Below, piece after piece: positions 61,575 through 64,000 of a DNA stretch of 64,000 bases. The number at the start of each line of letters is the position of its first letter. Positions within the stretch are counted from its first letter, which is position 1. The stretch is from Cyanobacteria bacterium P01_D01_bin.156 (GTDB lineage: Bacteria > Cyanobacteriota > Cyanobacteriia > Phormidesmidales > Phormidesmidaceae). Below the pieces are notes generated by a model. The model worked only from the letters and a program-made list of their open reading frames with translations, did no database searches and was not told the origin of the DNA. The stretch covers positions 288,001-352,000 of the forward strand of contig JBCCQQ010000001.1 in NCBI GenBank assembly GCA_039024555.1, written 5' to 3'. The translations under genes were made by a program, and so were the position numbers.

Positions 61575-63224
61575 TCATTTCCTCAAACCATGGCTCTTGC
61601 CAATCACCCAATGCCGCCTAAAATACCGCGACAAACTTGACTCTTCTAAGGTCAAACAAATTGGCCTGCCGTGGGGACAAGTCCTCGGATTTTTGGTGCG
61701 CTGCCAATCGTGTAACAGTGTTTGCATTTCTTCTAAACCTAAGGGAGTACCATTGCGAATCGCAGTTCGACAGGCTGTTGCCACCATGGCACTCTCCATA
61801 TCCGCACCTAAGCTTATTTCCAAAAGTGCCTCTGCACAATCTTCCCGATTCGCCAATGGTGCTGGAACTGTTCGTACGGCCCAGAGATTTTCTCCAAATA
61901 AATCGACCTCTACACTCAGCCGTCGCAGTTGTTCTACCTGGCGTCCGCTCAGCTGACTCAGAATAATTGCTGGCGCCATCGGGACTGTTTGCCAAGCTGT
62001 CTGGATCTGTTCATAAATCACTCGTTCATGGGCAATGTGCTGTTCAACAAGGCAAACACCACCAGAATGTTCCGCAACAATATAGGTTTCTTGCACCTGG
62101 GCTACTGCCTTTAGCTGGCTGGGAATATCATCCCGATTGTTGCCATAGTTCTCAGCGGCTTCAGCAGTTTTGAAAAGTTGTTTTGTGCGCTGGGTATAGG
62201 CAGCGTCTGCAACATTAGATAGCCTCAGAGCTTTTTCAACTGCAATGGCAATGCGATCGCACCAGTCTTCTGTATCCTGCAAATAAATCTCTGACTTGGC
62301 TGGATTACGATTCCAATCCACCTGGGCTGCCGGTACCTGCAGATGCAAAAAACACACCGGATAGCGATCGCGAGGTAACGTCCGTCGAAAGTTATAGATT
62401 AAGGACTGCACCAAAACCGGCGCGGTTACCGTGCGACCATTAATGGCCACTCGTACCCAGTCAGGTCGGCGTCGATGGCACCGATCTGGTAGACCAACCA
62501 ACAACTCTAACTGTCCATGACAGCCTAATTCATCAGCGGCTAAACTCACCTGCTCTAAATCATGGACAGCCACATCTCGCAGCAGCTGTGGTAATACAGA
62601 CTTTGCTGTAGAACCAGGCCATAGGGTAAACCAGTCCCGTTCTCCCTGGGCAACTTGCCACGTAACCTTTGGGTGACATAGGGCTAGCTGCTGCACCGTT
62701 TGTTGTACCTGCCGTAGCTGTTGAGCTACCGATGGCAAAACCTGTCGGCGATTGGGCAGACGGGCAAACAAATCATCCGCCGTTACGACGGTACCGGGGG
62801 CGATCGCAACTTCCTCAATCTCCACGATCAGCCCTTCCGCGTCGTAAACCACACGCCAGCCCACATCATTCGCAACTCGGCTGCGGATTTCCAGTTTTGA
62901 TAGCTGGGCTAGACTGTGCAAGGCTTCCCCCCGAAACCCCAGGCTTTGAATCTGACTCAAATCATCGCAGGTACGGATCTTGCTAGTACTGTGAGCCGTT
63001 GCGGCCTGTCTCAGATCGTCTTGCGCAATACCCACTCCATTATCCGTTACCCGCACTCGCCAACTATCGGGCCACAGATGGATTGTGATGCGTGTAGCAC
63101 CAGCATCCAAGGCATTTTCCGATAGTTCGCGGACCACCGCTGCTAGGGAGTCAATCACCTCTCCAGCGGCAATCAGGCTAATGACATCCTGGGATAAACG
63201 TTGAATGGTTACGTCAGTGGTAAT
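61575..63224 (-). CDS. mutL: DNA mismatch repair protein MutL
   Basis: IAAGEVI, ELSENALDAGA, GFRGEAL, EQHIAHER, ACR and CPHGRP. The conserved N-terminus extends upstream of the ORF-track start; the start is inferred at an ATT. Confidence 0.95.
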   Translation of the reverse strand: MTTDVTIQRLSQDVISLIAAGEVIDSLAAVVRELSENALDAGATRITIHLWPDSWRVRVTDNGVGIAQDDLRQAATAHSTSKIRTCDDLSQIQSLGFRGEALHSLAQLSKLEIRSRVANDVGWRVVYDAEGLIVEIEEVAIAPGTVVTADDLFARLPNRRQVLPSVAQQLRQVQQTVQQLALCHPKVTWQVAQGERDWFTLWPGSTAKSVLPQLLRDVAVHDLEQVSLAADELGCHGQLELLVGLPDRCHRRRPDWVRVAINGRTVTAPVLVQSLIYNFRRTLPRDRYPVCFLHLQVPAAQVDWNRNPAKSEIYLQDTEDWCDRIAIAVEKALRLSNVADAAYTQRTKQLFKTAEAAENYGNNRDDIPSQLKAVAQVQETYIVAEHSGGVCLVEQHIAHERVIYEQIQTAWQTVPMAPAIILSQLSGRQVEQLRRLSVEVDLFGENLWAVRTVPAPLANREDCAEALLEISLGADMESAMVATACRTAIRNGTPLGLEEMQTLLHDWQRTKNPRTCPHGRPICLTLEESSLSRYFRRHWVIGKSHGLRK

Positions 63225-63277
63225 AATGCAGGCTCCCTAAAGGTAAATGGTCTTTTCAAATTAGCGCGAAAGGCCAG

Positions 63278-63357
63278 GAAGGTTGAGGTCGGAATTGAGA
63301 ATTCAGAGGTCAGAATTATAGGTCTTCCGGTTTTGCGGCTGCCGACTTCAAACTTTC
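63278..63357. repeat. Degenerate heptamer repeat / inverted pair (same family as 24136-24209)
   Basis: GAGGTCG GAATTGA GAATTCA GAGGTCA GAATT ... CCGACTTCAAACTTTC. Confidence 0.65.
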
Positions 63358-63397
63358 CCCTTGGTGTAACATGGCGGCACTTGAGCTGCTACTGCCC

Positions 63398-64000
63398 ATG
63401 ATGTCAGACACCTACAAGCCTGCTTCCATTGCCAAAATCCAGGACCAAAAAGCTAAGATGCGGCGCTCCCTTTTAAAGGCCCGTCAGGCTATGCCGCCAA
63501 AAGTATGGCAGCAAAAATGCGATCGCATTTGCAATCACTTAACTCAATGGCCTGTCTTTCACTCGGCCCGCAACGTTTTAGCCTACTGCAGCTTTCGTAA
63601 TGAACCTGACTTGGGGCAACTGCTAGCCAAACATCGCTCGTGGGGCCTCCCTCGATGTCAAGACAACGATCTAATTTGGCATCGGTGGTTTCCCAACTGT
63701 ACATGGCCCTTGCATTCCGGAACCTATGGAATTATCGAACCAGACCCCACATCTCCCATCGTAGACCCTAAAAAAGTTGATTTAATCTTGGTGCCAGCTG
63801 TTGCCTGTGATATACGAGGTTACCGACTGGGCTATGGTGGCGGCTTTTACGATCGCATGCTCGCCCAACCTTGCTGGCAGGGAAAACCGACGATTGGTAT
63901 CGTCTTTGAATTTGCCCGTCTACCCCAAATACCCAAAAATAGCTGGGACCAACCGTTAAATGGCATCTGCACGGAAAGCGGGCTATTTCTATCTAGATAA
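63398..64000 (+). CDS. 5-formyltetrahydrofolate cyclo-ligase
   Basis: KAKMRR, EPD, YGIIEP, LVPAVACD and RLGYGGGFYDR; TAA at the window end. Start at 63371, 63398 or 63401. Confidence 0.95.
   Translation: MMSDTYKPASIAKIQDQKAKMRRSLLKARQAMPPKVWQQKCDRICNHLTQWPVFHSARNVLAYCSFRNEPDLGQLLAKHRSWGLPRCQDNDLIWHRWFPNCTWPLHSGTYGIIEPDPTSPIVDPKKVDLILVPAVACDIRGYRLGYGGGFYDRMLAQPCWQGKPTIGIVFEFARLPQIPKNSWDQPLNGICTESGLFLSR

Overview
Cyanobacterial chromosomal window. The evidence is about 30 HIP1 octamers (GCGATCGC), class II aldolase, glpX-type FBPase/SBPase, SipA, and DUF928/CHAT/CHASE2 genes; a filamentous Leptolyngbya-like lineage is my inference. Most genes are housekeeping or metabolic: ftsX, def, frmA/fghA, argC, fbaA, rpoZ, glpX, hemA, msrB, gyrB, miaA, mutL, tRNA-Lys and tRNA-Pro. 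Two accessory blocks stand out. (1) About 52.0-57.2 kb: a cassette-like deaminase followed by a three-gene operon of lipoxygenase, an atypical P450 and an unknown beta-rich protein. The P450 lacks the O2-activation acid/alcohol pair and has a CYP74-like Trp-Asn-Gly heme loop. This operon is the best candidate for an undescribed oxylipin pathway. (2) About 28.4-39.8 kb, downstream of tRNA-Pro: an integrase-like stub cut at a HIP1 site, DUF4058, a decayed Uma2 gene, an orphan ORF, and a haemagglutinin / TPR-CHAT / DUF928 / CHAT-CHASE2 caspase-like signalling cluster. Other signals are an apparent ATT start for mutL, structured non-coding elements at 25.8 kb and 61.0-61.5 kb, a two-copy MITE-like element, palindromic repeats translated in frame inside the CHAT gene, and a G/T-to-A/C skew switch centred on HIP1 sites. 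All calls come from reading motifs by eye; no database searches were run.
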